From: the human T2T-CHM13v2.0 reference genome, Homo sapiens
Reading direction: 5' to 3' (one strand)
Length of the DNA: 64,000 bases
NCBI RefSeq assembly: GCF_009914755.1
Contig: NC_060929.1
Positions 1 to 13,839 of this stretch are shown piece by piece. The notes under the pieces are model-generated. The model worked only from the letters and a program-made list of their open reading frames with translations, was not told the origin of the DNA and did no database searches. Each line of letters starts with the position of its first letter. Position 1 is the first letter of the stretch. The position numbers and the translations under genes were made by a program.

Positions 1-440
1 CTGCAATGCAATCTTCCCAAACAGGTACGTTCATTATTTCTGGCCAGGTCCAATTCTGTTTACAAATAGGTTTTTGAGGGTAGTATGCCTCAATTATAGG
101 AGCAGATTTATAATGGTAAATACTGAGATCAGAAAGCATGTGTAACTGTGTCAGATCGATTATATCCAGGCATTATTGCCAGCCAAGATTGATAAATATG
201 CCCAATAAGTATAATTGTTCTCTGTGTCAGCCCTTGCTAAAGGAATACTCAAGGCAGTGGTGATCACTGCTATCGCAGCTACCATTAAATTACTCATTGT
301 GACTGGTTGTCCCGCTTTCCTCTGGTTTTCTTCTGCCATTTGTGACAGCTTCTTGTTCTGTCCTCAAGTAGGTGGCTGTGTTCAATGGGTGTTGCTCATG
401 ACAGTTGGGGTCCTCCTCAGCGTCAGTCTTGACATGGCTG
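1..440 (-). pseudogene. env N-terminus (signal peptide and start of SU)
   Basis: KKLSQMAEE...[35 protein letters not shown] resembles the HERV-K env NYTYWAY region. Confidence 0.8.
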
Positions 441-2350
441 CAACCGGGGGGTCCTCGGGATCCTCCTGGTATCTCTTCCTCGGCATCTGGCTCATGATAA
501 GGTTTCAGGTATCTTGATGGTATCCAAATTGGCTGCTGGTTCTGGCCTGGAGAAACACAAGCATAACCTCTACCCCAAGTTATTATTTTACCTATTTCCC
601 AAGTTTTTGTTATTGGATTTCTCCCACCAAACCAGTTGTTCTGCTTCTGTCTTTGCAGCTGGTTTCTGTAGATGCTGTTCAGCTGCTGACAGCATCTGGC
701 CTTTAGGCAGGCTCAAAAAATTTTAAGTCAATAATACGAGATTCAATTGCATATGTGGTGTTCTGTACTCCCTGTTTTCCCCCCTTAGCTCTTGCAACTG
801 CTGTTTCAGGGAGAGATTCATTCTTTCCACTATGGCTTGTCCTTGAGAATTATATGGGATGCCAGTAATGTGTTTAATATTCCATATAGAGAAAAATGTA
901 GCTAGAGCTTGGCTAGTATAGCCTGGGGCATTATCTGTTTTAATAGAAGCTGGAATGCCCATCACCGCAAAACACTGCAAAAGGTGACGTTTAACACAGG
1001 CAGAAGACTCTCCTGATTGGCATGTAGCCCAGACAAAGTGAGAAAAGGTGTCCACACATACATGTACATAAGCTAGTCTCCCAAATGAGGGAACATGTGT
1101 GACATCCATTTGCCAAAGAGAATTAGGTTCCAATCCTCGAGGATTAACTCCTCCTGGAAAAGATGCGGAATGCACCATTTGGCAAGTTGGGCGTCGCTGG
1201 ATAATAGCTTTAGCTTCTTTCATCATTTTCAATTAATTGTGTGTAATGAACCACATATGAAGAATCAGAAATCACATTAATGGGCATATTAAAAGCAGTC
1301 AATACCTCAATTACAGCTACAAGCTCTGCTTTTTGAGCTGAAGTATAGGGTGTCTGGAAAACTTTATCTTTTGAGCCAGAATAAAAAGCTTTACCATTAC
1401 TAGACCCATCTGTAAAGACATTTTCAGCACCTTCAATTGGTTTAAATTTAGTTATACTAGGGAGGATCCAATTAGTTAATTTCAAAAATTGAAACAATTT
1501 TGTTTAGGAAAATGATTATTGAGAATACCCACAAAGTCAGCTAAATGGGTTTGCTGAGTAAGACTATTTATAAAAGCTTGCTGTATTTGTGCCTTTGTGA
1601 GAGGGACAGTAATTTTTCCAGGATCATATCCATGTAATTTAACAATCTGAGTTCTCCCATTTCCTATCATAGTAGTGATTTGATCCAAATAAGGAGTTAG
1701 AGTCCATGAATTAGTATGTGGAAGAAAAAACCATTCTACTAAGTCCTGCTCATGGACAATAACACCAGTAGGTGAATGCTGAGTTGGAAAAATTAGCAAA
1801 TCTAGAGCCTTCTCTGGATCTATTCTATTTATTTGAGCTTTATAGACTTGCTTTTCGATTAGCTGCAGCTCTGGCTCAGCTTCTTTTATTAATTGCCAAG
1901 GGCTAGTGAGACTAGGATCTCCTCTAAGAATAGAAAATAGATTACTCATGGCATAGGTAGGAATGCTTAGAGCAGGTCGTATCCAATTAATGTCCCCTAG
2001 TAATTTTTGAAAGTCATTTAATGTTTTCAATTGATCCCTACCTATGGCTACTTTCTGTGGCACAATTGTAGTGTCATTTACTAAAGTCTCCATAGGTTGT
2101 ATAACTGAATTAATGGCTCATAAATCAGTTAACATTCTCCATTTACCTTATTGTTTCTTAATAACAAAGACTGGAGAATTTCAGGGGGAAAATGTTGGAG
2201 CTATGTGTCCTTTTCCTAATTGTTCATTAACGAAGTCCTCTAAAGCCTCCAGTTTCTCTTTACTTAGCGGCCACTGTTCTATCAAAATTGGCTTATCTTT
2301 TAACCATTTTAAAGGTATAGGTTCTGGAGGCTTAACAATGGCCACCATCA
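440..2350 (-). pseudogene. pol: RT with catalytic core deleted, partial RNase H, integrase
   Basis: [38 protein letters not shown]; integrase WQMDVTH...KTDNA...IVERM (D,D35E); C-terminal [11 protein letters not shown]. Confidence 0.92.
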
Positions 2351-3200
2351 AAAATGATATCCTAAACCTTGGTGGGAACTTTGTCTTTCTGCTTGAAGTG
2401 GTTCCTTCAAACCTTGCAAATTTTTTCCTAGTCCCATACCAGGGACATACCCCGTTTCATGCATCATATGTTGACTTTGAGGGCTGTATAATTGTTCTGG
2501 AATCAGAACTTGTACTCCCCATTGTTGTAATAAATCTCTTCCCATAAATTTATAGGTACAGGAGTTATAATTGGTTGAATAGTCCCAGGTTGTCCATTGG
2601 GCCCTTCACAGTGCAAAATATGACTACTTTGATATACTTCAGGGGTTACCAACTCCAGCTATGTTAAATTGAATGGGTTGAATTGGTCACGTGGACGGCC
2701 AGTGCTGTAGAGAAGTGATTGAAATGTCCACTCCTGTATCTACCAAACCTTTAAATTTCTTTCCCTGAATAGTTATTTCACAGGTAGGATGTTTATCAGT
2801 AATTTTATTCACCCAATAAGCTGCTTTGCCTTCTTTATTTGTGCTTCCAAATCCTCCTGTTCGTTTAATTTCACTTTTCCCCATTCCCACATACAGCACA
2901 ATCAGGAGCTGTACTATATGCTCTCCTGGCTCTGCTTTCCAGGGAACAGAAGTAGATAAAACAATTTGAGTTGCCCCATTGTAATCAGAATCAGTGACTC
3001 CTGTTTGTATTTGTACCCCTTTTAAATGTAAACTAGACCTTCCTAGAAGTAATCCTATCATCCCCGCTGGCAAGGGTCCACAGACTCCTGTTGGGACCTT
3101 TTGCAGGGTTCCCGAGGCAGAAGGCTCACAGCTTTTGTGCAGCATACATCTGTGGCACTACCATCTGTGGCAGGGGACAGACATTGTAAGGGGTGAGGGA
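2348..3200 (-). pseudogene. pro: dUTPase + aspartic protease + G-patch, disrupted
   Basis: dUTPase motifs GLLLGRSS, GVTDSDYNG, RTGGFGST; protease LVDTGVD and GRDLL; G-patch [14 protein letters not shown]. Confidence 0.9.
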
Positions 3201-3691
3201 ACGGCCTAAGCCAGAAATGCCCCGGTTTGGAACGGGGCCCGGGATGGGCCCCTCATGCCATTTCCCAAATTTAAAAGGAAAAGGCTCAAATGTAGCTATA
3301 ATATTGCCCTGTTGATCTGGGGGGGTGTATCCTAACAGGGAACTGCCAAGCCTCTAAATCACCCTCTTGTCTAGCTTGCTGAATTCCTGCCTGAATAGAA
3401 CTGAGAGCAGTCGCTCAAGGTGCTGCTCGAACAGTCACTGGGGCAACTACTTTTTGCCCAGTGTCCTCTGGAAAAGAAAGATCTGGAGGGTCAGGCCGTT
3501 CTTTTTCTTCAAAATAAGAAGGGGGTGCAGAAGAGTAGGGATGAACTTCTTCCTCCTTTGCCACTTTAGCTTTAGCTGGCAAACAAACCGGCTCTGTTAC
3601 TTCTTCTGTTACTTCATTATACTCTCCTCCTTCCTCATCATTTGTGAAAAGGTTCCAAGGTGGAACGAACCAGAGCCCACACTTGTCCAGT
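3200..3691 (-). pseudogene. gag remnant; CA and NC largely deleted, stops and frameshifts
   Basis: GQVWALVRSTLEPFH (matrix-like); ...IATFEPFPFK joined directly to GNGMRGPSRAPFQTGAF (post-zinc-knuckle tail). Confidence 0.75.
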
Positions 3692-3822
3692 TGTTACCCT
3701 GATGCTTCCGAGCTCCCCTTCCTACTCACCACTGGGATTGCTTAAAAGAGTACTTGGGTGTCCTCCGCTTGGTTCCACATTTTCCAACTGTTGCTCTGGC
3801 GACCCTTCGACCTGGGTTTGAG

Positions 3823-3840
3823 CCTCCACGTTGGGCACCA
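3823..3840 (-). promoter_or_regulatory. Primer binding site, tRNA-Lys(CUU) type
   Basis: TGGTGCCCAACGTGGAGG 2 nt after the LTR, close to the Lys1,2 PBS TGGCGCCCAACGTGGGGC. Confidence 0.9.
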
Positions 3841-3842
3841 CT

Positions 3843-4323
3843 TGCCGAGACCAGCTCGGTCGTGGAGACCCTAACCCAGCAGTGCTAGAGGACTTAAAGA
3901 CACACACACAGAAATACAGACCGTGGAGTGGGAAATCAGGGGTCTCACAGCCTTCAGAGCTGAGAGCCTTGAACAGAGATTTACCCACATATTTATTGAC
4001 AGCAAGCTAGTCATAAGATTTACTAAAAGTATTCCTTATGGGAAATAAAGGGATGGCCTGAAACAAAGGGATGGGCTCTTGTTAGTTATCTGCATCAGGA
4101 ACATGTCCTTAAGTGCAGATCGCTCATGCTATTGTTTGTGGTTCAGGAACGTCTTTAAGCGGTTTTCCGCCCTGGGTAGGCCAGGTGTTCCTTACCCTCA
4201 TTCCGGTAAAACCACAGCCTTCAGCATGGGTGTCATGGCCATCACGAACATGTCACAGTGCTGCAGAGATTTTATCAGTTTTGGGGCCAGTTTATGGCCA
4301 GATTTGGGGGCCTGTTCCCAACA
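3843..4323 (-). mobile_element. 5' LTR (MER9 family), ~481 bp
   Basis: Minus strand begins TGTTGGGAACAGGCCCC and ends ...TCTCGGCA (TG...CA); AATAAA on minus at 3992-3997; directly followed by the PBS. Confidence 0.9.
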
Positions 4324-4870
4324 GCCATATGACTCAGCAATTCTGCTCCTCAGTATGTACCCATTAGTATTAAAAAATGTGTCTACACAACCACTCGTAC
4401 ATGAATGGTGGGGCATGATAGTAATCCCCAGTAAAAACAACTGAAATGTCCAACAGACAATGAATAGATAAACAAAATGCAGCATATCCATACAATTTAT
4501 TATTAAGGAAGGAATGAAGTACTAATGCATACTGCAACATGGATGAACCTTGAAAACATGCTAAATGAGAGAAGCCAGACACAAAGGAGCATGTATTATA
4601 CAATCCCATCTTTAAAAGGAAATGTCCAGAATAGGCAAATCCATAGAAACTGGAAGTAGATTTGTGGTTTCCTGGGAGTTGGGGAAGTAGGGAAATAGGG
4701 AGTGACTGCTAATCGATACAGGGATTTTTTTGAGGAGGAGGTGACGAAAATATTCTAGAATTAGGTAATGATGTTGTTGCCAGCTTTGTGAATATACTAA
4801 AAGCAACTTAATTGTGCATTTTTAAAATGGTGATTTTTATGGTTTGTGGATTATAACTCAATAAAAAGAT
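4324..4870 (+). mobile_element. Old L1M (L1MB/ME-like) 3' end, host of the provirus
   Basis: Typical L1M 3'UTR phrases (ACATGGATGAACCTTGAAAACATGCTAAATGAGAGAAGCCAGACACAAA; ends CTCAATAAAA). Confidence 0.75.
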
Positions 4871-4962
4871 TAAATTCTCATTTATTTTGTTTTTTGGTCT
4901 TTGTTTAATTTGTTTTTATAGAATTATGTTTTTAGTATATACATTGCCTTTAATGGTTTATT

Positions 4963-4988
4963 ACAGGGTTTCTTAACCTGGATACTAC

Positions 4989-5033
<45 letters not shown>

Positions 5034-5533
5034 AGACAGGGTCTCACCGTCACCCAGGCTAGAGTGCAGTGGTGGTGTGATCACAGCTCACTGTAGCGTC
5101 TACCTTCCAGGCTCATGCTATCCTTCCGCCTTAGCATCCCGAGTAGTTGGGACTACAAGCATGTGCTACCACACCTGGCTAATTTTTTAAATTTTTTTGT
5201 AAAGACAGGATTTGGCCATATTGTTCAGGCTGGTCTTGAACTCCTGGGCTCAAGCAATCTGCCTTCCTCCGCCTCCCAAAGTGCTGGGATTGCAGGTGTG
5301 AGCCACCACACCTAGCCCACTACTGATATTTTGGTTTGGATAGATAATTCATAGTTGTGGGGACCTGTCTTGTGCATTGTAGAGATGGTCAGCAGCATCT
5401 CTGGCCTCTGCAGATTAGATGCCAATAGAATCTCCCTCCTCTCCTTCTTCCCTAGTCCATGATAAAAAATGTCTCCAGACATTGCCAAATGTTCCAAGGA
5501 TGGGGTGCAAAAGTACGCCCAGTTGAAACCATT
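4963..5533. mobile_element. MER20 (hAT) split by an antisense AluJ at ~4993-5317
   Basis: CAGGGTTTCTTAACC...GTTGAAACCATTG termini; Alu flanked by TSD ACTACTGAT. Confidence 0.75.
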
Positions 5534-5786
5534 GGTTCTCTTTAGTCTTCCTGCTAAAAGCCGAGCTCCATAAAGGCAGGAACTTTGTTTTATTCATTAT
5601 TGTTTCCTTAGAACCATGTCTCACACATAGATACCCTAATATTATAGTAAATATATGAATGAGTACTTCTGGCTATAGAAGTAGCAGTACTTGTAAAAAA
5701 TATATAACTATAGAAATATCAAAATGATACCATACTTGAGTTAATTCCAATGCCTTAGGATTAACATTGTTAAGAATACCATGTTT

Positions 5787-6080
5787 GGCTGGGCATGGTG
5801 GCTCACGCCTGTAATCCCAGCACTTTGGGAGGCTGAGACGGGTGGATCACTTGAGGTCAGGAGTTCGAGACCAGCCTAGCCAACATGGTGAAACCCCGTC
5901 TCTGCAAAAACACAAAAATTAGCCAGGCATGGTGGCACATACCTGTAATCCCGGCTACTTGGGAGGCTGAGGCACGAGAATCGCTTGAACTCAGGAAGTG
6001 GAAGTTGCAGTGAGCCGAGATTGAGTCACTATACTCTAGCCTGGGCGACAGAGTGAGACTGCATCTCAAAAAAGAAAAAA
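5787..6080 (+). mobile_element. AluS
   Basis: Full dimeric Alu with A tail. Confidence 0.95.
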
Positions 6081-7844
6081 ACTATGTTTAAAGAGGACAA
6101 GTAAGTTTTATCAACTTACTGCCCTGGCCCCCTACCCCATCCTAATCTGTAGGCTCTTTTTATTTAGAGTTGCCAGCTATCCAGGACACAGGCCATGAGA
6201 GGGCACCAGTCATGCTCTTAATGAGTCATGTGCTGGCCTTGGGCACCATCTGCTTCCTAAGCCTGAGATGACCCCACAGATGCCTTCCTGCCTGCCATCT
6301 AGATAGAGCGGCCCCAGCCCTTGAGGATGCTGACATTTATCAGTCACTGCATACATAAGAAGGGAAATCTACCCACCATCATCTACATATCAGGTTCTGT
6401 CACTGACTGGTCATGTTTTTCTACCCAACAGAACCTAACTTTCCACTTGAGTATCTTATTCAAAGTTGGCTATGCTTCTGGTTCACATTCCGAGGCTAAA
6501 TGTTAATGGCTTGCTGCTGCCAAACCCTGCTTTGGGGATGATCACTTCCGTGAGAGGTGCCAAAACGTTAGCTGCTCAAGTGTGGGCGTTAGACAAGGCT
6601 GGTCTTGGATGGTTTATTGTGGTTTGCTACTTGTCTACAACTTTGTTCCCAAGTTTCCATTCAATGGAAACACACATAGCTTTTGCCCCTCCTTTCCCCT
6701 CTCTTCGTTTTTTAAGCAGTGGTGGTTCTGATTTAACTTCTGCTACTTCTCCTTTCTGAACATTGAAACAATCCCTTTTATCAAGCAACATGTCACAGAC
6801 TCTGTGCCATGCTTTGTGTTGGTGAGGATACAATAATTGGTGGCATGTTTTGAGTGTTTATTTCACGCTTCACCCTTTATGAAGTGCTTTTACACATAAT
6901 TCTTGTATTCGTCAACAACCCATTTTACTGATGTGGAAACTGAGATAGAGCCTAATAAGTAAGGAAGCATAGATTCAAACCCAGATAGTCTGAGCCCTTA
7001 AGGTTACCAGCACTACCTCCTTAATATCCTGCTTCTTGTTATACTTTACCATCTGACTAGATGTTTTTGTCCCTCTTCTAAGCTTTGATAAAGCTATAAG
7101 GTTGGAAGCTTTAATTTTTCAAAATCACAGACATTAGGAATAAGAACCAGAGACCCTGAAGTTAAAACATTAAGACTTGATATCCAAATTAGATACAGAA
7201 AAGAAGTTCATAGTGTGGTTTTCCCACCCTGCTCTTCTGTACATTGGTGATTAATAACTGCTTCTAGGCATAGGGTGGGGGAATGAGACAAAAGGAGGCA
7301 GGGCTCCTATTTCTAGGAGCTTCCTTTCTCTCTGAGGGGAATAAACTGAGTGAGCCTGCTCTTTCAGTTGGTTGTTTGAGTGTAAGATACCCAGATTGAA
7401 TACATAAGTGCTTTCATAATACACAGGAGATGGGTTGTTAGGGAACTGCCAACAAAGTCATTTCGTTGTCTGATTTGTGCCTATTTCTTCTGCATTTGCA
7501 CAGCTTTCATAAAAACAGGACAAAGCTAAAAGAGTGCACTGACCATTTTGGTTTTCTTTTATGTGATAACTCATTGAGCAAACTCTTTCAGGTTATAGAT
7601 GCTATGTTCCAAGTTAAGTAGTAAAATGATTTTCTGACTAAAATTATGGCAATGATTCACTACTTTATTATATAAAAAGTAAGATATTTTAAAGAGTTAG
7701 AGCAAGCAATAGAGATCAAAATGACTTTCTAGATAGTTATTCTTTCTTATTTTGCATTTTTTTTCTAAACCTAGCCTGCACATTTTTTAATAGTAGAATA
7801 TGGTACAAGGTATTATATATATAAGATGTATAGTGTGTATATGG

Positions 7845-7895
7845 GTGTGTGTGTGTGTATATATACATATATATATATATATAGTATATAGTATA
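7845..7895. repeat. (TG)n(TA)n microsatellite
   Basis: Direct reading. Confidence 0.9.
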
Positions 7896-9297
7896 GAATA
7901 TTTAGTAAATTTTATTTTACTTCTAATTCATTACTGAAGAACCCTCATTATTACACAGGATATGCCTACAGAACTTATTGAGAATTTCCCCATTGTAGAC
8001 CACAATTCTAGCATATACTTCAATGAGTAATATGTCAGTGACTCTGATAAAATTAAGTAATTCCATTAGAGTCTGCGTCAAGTAGAATGAATGAAACCTC
8101 AGCATGATGGGAGGGTTCAGGAGCTGATACATTTTTGTATTTTCTGAGAGTCTTAATTACATTTTACAAATTACATGGATGGTTGGGTTGGTAAGAAGTA
8201 TGTGAATTTTGATGGCTTTTTAATTTTGTTTTTGTAGCAGTTGTTTGTATCCATGTGTGTTGGTGCCCATATGTATTGTTTGGGGTTTGGTTATTCTCTC
8301 AAAACCAAGTTACCGTAAAAAGTTTGAATTTTAATATTTCTTTATTGAGTAGTGGGACCGTCTAGACTGTGTGCTGGCTCTTACTAAAGTCATTTGTTTT
8401 TCTTACCCGTGGAGAGGTGTATTCTTGAACCCTTTAAACGGGTCTCTACTTTGGCCTAAGACCATATTAGAAAACTTTTTTGAAGTCACTTATTATATGC
8501 CATATAATTAAAAAGTTATATGGTATATTCTCCCATTACATTTTAGCCACAATGCCCGTATATTAAATAAGCAAACAAACTATATGTGGCAATTAAAACT
8601 TAAAAAAAAAAGCCTGAATTGGCTCTTAGAAATATTTAATCAAGTAGTATCCACTAGAACTTAACATTTCATCCTGTGGATCATCACACACAAAATACCC
8701 AACCCTGCTGTCATTCAGGGTCCTAGCAGGAACAGGTAGCATCAAATAGGATAATTGATGAGAGCTTAAGAAAGGAACTATTTACAAATATGTGGCCAGA
8801 TTAGGGGAAACCAGTAAGGTTGGGAATGCCGCCCAGGATTCTAACAAGAGTGAGAATCTATTTCTACTCTTGACCTAAAGGGGCAAGGAGGGAAAGCTGC
8901 AGCTGTGGCTGTGGGAGAGCCGGCCTGCAAAGCTGTGGCCTTCACAGAGGAAGACAGCCACTGCCGAGGTATGGCTAGGGAAGGAGGGGAGGAGATGATG
9001 CCCTGAACCCCATCGTCATTCTCACTGGGCAAGCCCAACCAGGAGCCAAAGCACAGGGCAGCCCATTGGATGCAGTTCATTAGGGGACTGCCTCTGGGTA
9101 GAGGGCAGACCTGGAGGGGCAGAGAGAATGCACAGCGCTAGTGACTATCTCCTCAAGAGCAGACTCACAGACTGTGTTTCCTGGCTTTACTTCCATTTCC
9201 CAGAAGCGCATACCCAGTGAGAGGAATGATGATACACAGTGGAGCTCCTTATCTGGAGAGTCTGGAGAAATGAATCATACACTTCTAGCTAAAATGA

Positions 9298-9632
<335 letters not shown>

Positions 9633-11239
9633 CCTTTCCTGCTTTTCAAGATCATTCCTATGCCTGTGTGTTTTAGAAAGCAGAGCAGAAGCTTTTGTGT
9701 GACATCAGAACACAACAAACACCTGGATGTTAGAATTTTCTTGCAGAAACACCTTGAAATAATGTTTAACTGAATCACATGAACTAGCAATGGTTTTACT
9801 AGCAAAAAATATGGTATTAGATGCATGCAGTGTAAAATCAAAGCCAAGACTATCTATCCTTATAGAATGAGCTGTTTCTAGTTATTTATATTTGTTTGTA
9901 CTTTGTCTGTTTTATCTGTAAAAGCAGTAAGTGATGCAGCTTTAGGTAAAATACATGAAGAGAAAATAATGAATTTGGAAAATTCTGTCATTCTGTTTTC
10001 TCAGCAGGACACAAGCATTCTGCAGCATAATAGTTGGAAAGTCCCCAGAATAGAGAAAAAAAGTCACTTATTGATCTAAACTCTCAATGGGAGAGGGAGG
10101 ACAAAATAAAATCTCTCGCTATCACACGATTTATTAAAGCGTATGCAATGAAGCTTTAACTAACTGGATCCCTGAAAATGTATTTCAGCCATCAAATATA
10201 TAAATTTAGGTTGATATCAGGGATTTTCTTTTACAAAGCTATGTCTAAGAAAATTCTTTTGTGGGACTGGAAATTGAGCGCAGCTTCCTAACACCTCACT
10301 TCTGCCTTGTATTGATCGTGGGCCTTCCAAGTGATGATCCTGAAACTCTGCATTTCCCAAATCATTTGTAGAATATCATAACACGTTCATCAGACTGCAT
10401 TTACCAATGTACAGGAGTGGCCTACAATAATGCTTCACTGTCAGATGGTCTGCAGTTCCAGCCACCCATAAAAGACTATGTAATCCAGAGGTAATCCAAG
10501 AAGCCTCAGAGTAGAAAAAAATAAAAATATCACATGGGGAAGGGGGTTAGTAACTAAAAGGGGCATATGGAGAACTTCTGGGGTGCTAGCAGGAGGGTTT
10601 TGGGGTCTCTGACCACATTCTGTTTCCTGATTAGTATGAAGGCAAAATATTTCAGTTGCAAAAATTTAGCAAGCTGTACAATTATATGTGTAGCTTTCTT
10701 TACATGTTATATTTCAATCAAAAGTTAAATGTAGATAAATATAATTGATTGATTGATTGATTTGGGTGTGTGTATATGCACATGGGCAGTAGACACTTCC
10801 TGGTATGGTTATTTTTAGAATGGGATATGGCTACTCTCTTATTTAGATACTTTTGATTTAGTTTTCCTCTTGTCATAGGAGATGGCATAGTGAACAGCTT
10901 AGAAACAAACACAAAGACATTAAGAAGCTAAATATTAATCAATTTTAGGGCTTAGTAATCCAGGGGCATTTCAATTAGTATCCCTAAACATGCAATTCAA
11001 TAATTGAGGAGACTCCATATTCCCAAGAGCAATTAATTATGTTACATGCACTATTACTAAGGCTGGGAAACTTTTAGAAACCTTCCACCAAGATTAATAA
11101 AAGACTTACTGCTTAAAGGTGGACTTATTGTAAAATGAAGCTATTCCAACAATGTTGAGAAGTGGAGGAATTATTGCACTGCCAGTATAGTTTGGTTAAG
11201 CTATATTGAATGAGGAATTCCATTTAAACAAGTCACTAT

Positions 11240-11547
<308 letters not shown>

Positions 11548-13037
11548 TCACTACACTCCCAAATCATTGTATGCAAAGTTTTATTGTAATGTGAAATCAC
11601 TTATAAAATAAATTTTGACTGTAAATAGATATTACACATAGATTGCTGCACAAATACAGAAATAGTTGCGTGAGTAGAGCCAGGTAAGCTAAAATAATTA
11701 AACGTTAGAGCCAAGGGAACCATTAGAAATTATTTGACTTGATCCCCAGCCTTTACAATGGAGGAAATTTAGGCACAGAGAGGTTAAAATGACTTCCCAA
11801 AACACACAGATAATTATGTTATGGCTGATTTGCAACTAGTACTGAAGTATTCCTATTTGTTGATATGTCCCCCTCACTCAGCCAGGTTATTAAGAGGTCT
11901 GGAATCAGACCAACTTGGGTTTAAATATCAGCTATCGGACTTTCCAGTTGAATGTTACCCTGGATTTCAATGATAGATCCTTCCCAGCGAGAAAATATTA
12001 TCTGGGCATTAATTCAGAGGTACAGACACCAAGGGACTTCATGAGAGGTATCCTGAGGGCACATCCCTAAAACAGGACTGACTCAGGAGAAGAACTAGAA
12101 GGCTCATTAACCTCTCTATAGGATGGCAACTGAGAGAAGGGAAACCTGCCCAAATTTTGCAGCCATCTTGGCCTCTGGGCCTGACCACCCAGTGGAATTG
12201 TGCTTTGCTTCTTTCTGCATGCAAAAGTGCCCTTCATCCCGGGATCTGGAGGGATGATTGAATTGGCATTTGGATGTTATCCCTTCTTCTAGTGACCAAT
12301 CTAAACATGCTGATCATGGTTTGTGCTCCCAAGTTTCACTGAGTTCTGGAGTCTTAATGGTGGGCTTTCTCTAATGCTGTTTGCACCAGAGTATAGACAC
12401 TTGCCATCTAATGGAGAAAGTAATAGAACTCACCTTAAAGAGCTGTCATAGGAATGAAAAACAATGCATAAAAGTGTGTAGTCAGATGCTTGACCCACAT
12501 TAGACACTTACCAAATATTGCATGCAACTATTGTTACTCAGATACAACACAACAGTGGGCATTGAGTTGTCCAAGAACCTTGGCCACTGTTTGACTTAGA
12601 CAAGATTTTCTTTTTAGAGCATATCACTTTAAAATGGTGAAACAGCTGTGGTGAAAACACTAGACAATAGGAAAACATTGATAAAGACATATTACTTAGA
12701 AATTCAACCTAGTTGGGACTTTCTGATTTGTTTCATCAAGAGACAAATATATGGCTGAATCTTACTTTTTTCAAGCCTGGTCTTTGGGGTTGGAAGATCA
12801 AACTCCTGCTCCATCCCTTAACTAAAGCTGTCAATGAGGAAATTATCAGACCATCCTGAGCTTCTGTTTCCTCCTCTTTAAAGTGAGATTGATAATAATG
12901 CCTAGTCAGTGGGTGCTTGTAGAGCTCAAGGAAGAGAAAGTGTACATGAAATGGCGGGGGGCGGGGGGGAAACTCTGTTGGAGATGAACATTAAAGAGTA
13001 GAAATCTCAAGGAGATTGTGTTTACTTCTCTTTCCAG

Positions 13038-13126
13038 TTTCCATCTTGCTGCTGCAAAAGGACACGTGGAATGCCTCAGGGTCATGATTACACATGGTGT
13101 GGATGTGACAGCCCAAGATACTACCG
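13038..13126 (+). CDS. RAI14: RAI14 coding exon, 89 nt, ankyrin repeat ([29 protein letters not shown])
   Basis: ttctctttccag acceptor, G|gtatgt donor, frame continues into the next exon. Confidence 0.96.
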
Positions 13127-13212
13127 GTATGTGGTTTTTAGTCTCTTAAGTCAGCAGGCCAGCACCAGATTAGGTATCAAAAAGTAATACATATTCATTA
13201 TGGAAAATTTAA

Positions 13213-13513
13213 GGCCAGGTGTGGTAACTCATCCTGTAATTACAGCACTCTGCGAGGGTGAGGTGTGTGGATCACTTGAGGCCAGGAGTTCAAGGCCAGA
13301 CTGGCCAATATGGTTAAAACCCATCTCTACTAAAAATACAAAAAAATTTAGCCAGGCATGGTGGCATGCACCTGTAATCCCAGCTACTCAGGAGGCTGAG
13401 ACATGAGAATCACTGGAATCCTGGAGGCGGAGGTTGCAGTGAGCCGAGATTGTGCCACTGCACTCCAGCCTGGGCAACAGAGCGAGACTCTGTCTCAAAA
13501 AAAAAAAAAAAAA
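13213..13513 (+). mobile_element. AluS
   Basis: Full Alu with A tail. Confidence 0.93.
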
Positions 13514-13839
13514 TTAGAGTCTACAGATAAAATTTAGAGTCCAAAAGAAGAAAAGAGAATCACCTCCAATAGCAAGACTCTGACATGGTTTTGTTGTATA
13601 GCCATACTTCTGAGTTTTCATCTTTCATGTGGTTAGTCAACTAGAGACTGTATGCTTCTTATCCTCATTTTTTATATTATTTTCTAAGATTATATGTACA
13701 GACCAAGCAATAGTCCCTAATTTTTGTTTTTATGAATCATTGTGTGAGGTGATGAGTGAGTTACTCAGGAGCTCATTTCATCAACTGAGATAGGCTCTGT
13801 AGATGGAAGCCTTGAACTTCATCTGGACCAGCTGCCCAC

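Larger units (their letters stand above)
1..4323 (-). mobile_element. HERV-K(HML-3)/HERVK9 provirus, internally deleted, antisense in a RAI14 intron; 3' end lies outside the window
   Basis: Minus-strand order: 5'LTR, PBS, gag remnant, dUTPase/protease, RT, RNase H, integrase, env N-terminus; betaretroviral motifs; LTR sequence recognised as MER9. Confidence 0.93.

Noticed and set aside
215-517. Hydrophobic 100-aa plus-strand ORF, possible antisense retroviral protein
   Set aside because: Antisense shadow of the env leader, non-ATG start, no supporting signals
2044-2547. 167-aa plus-strand ORF
   Set aside because: Antisense to pro/pol; no recognisable motif
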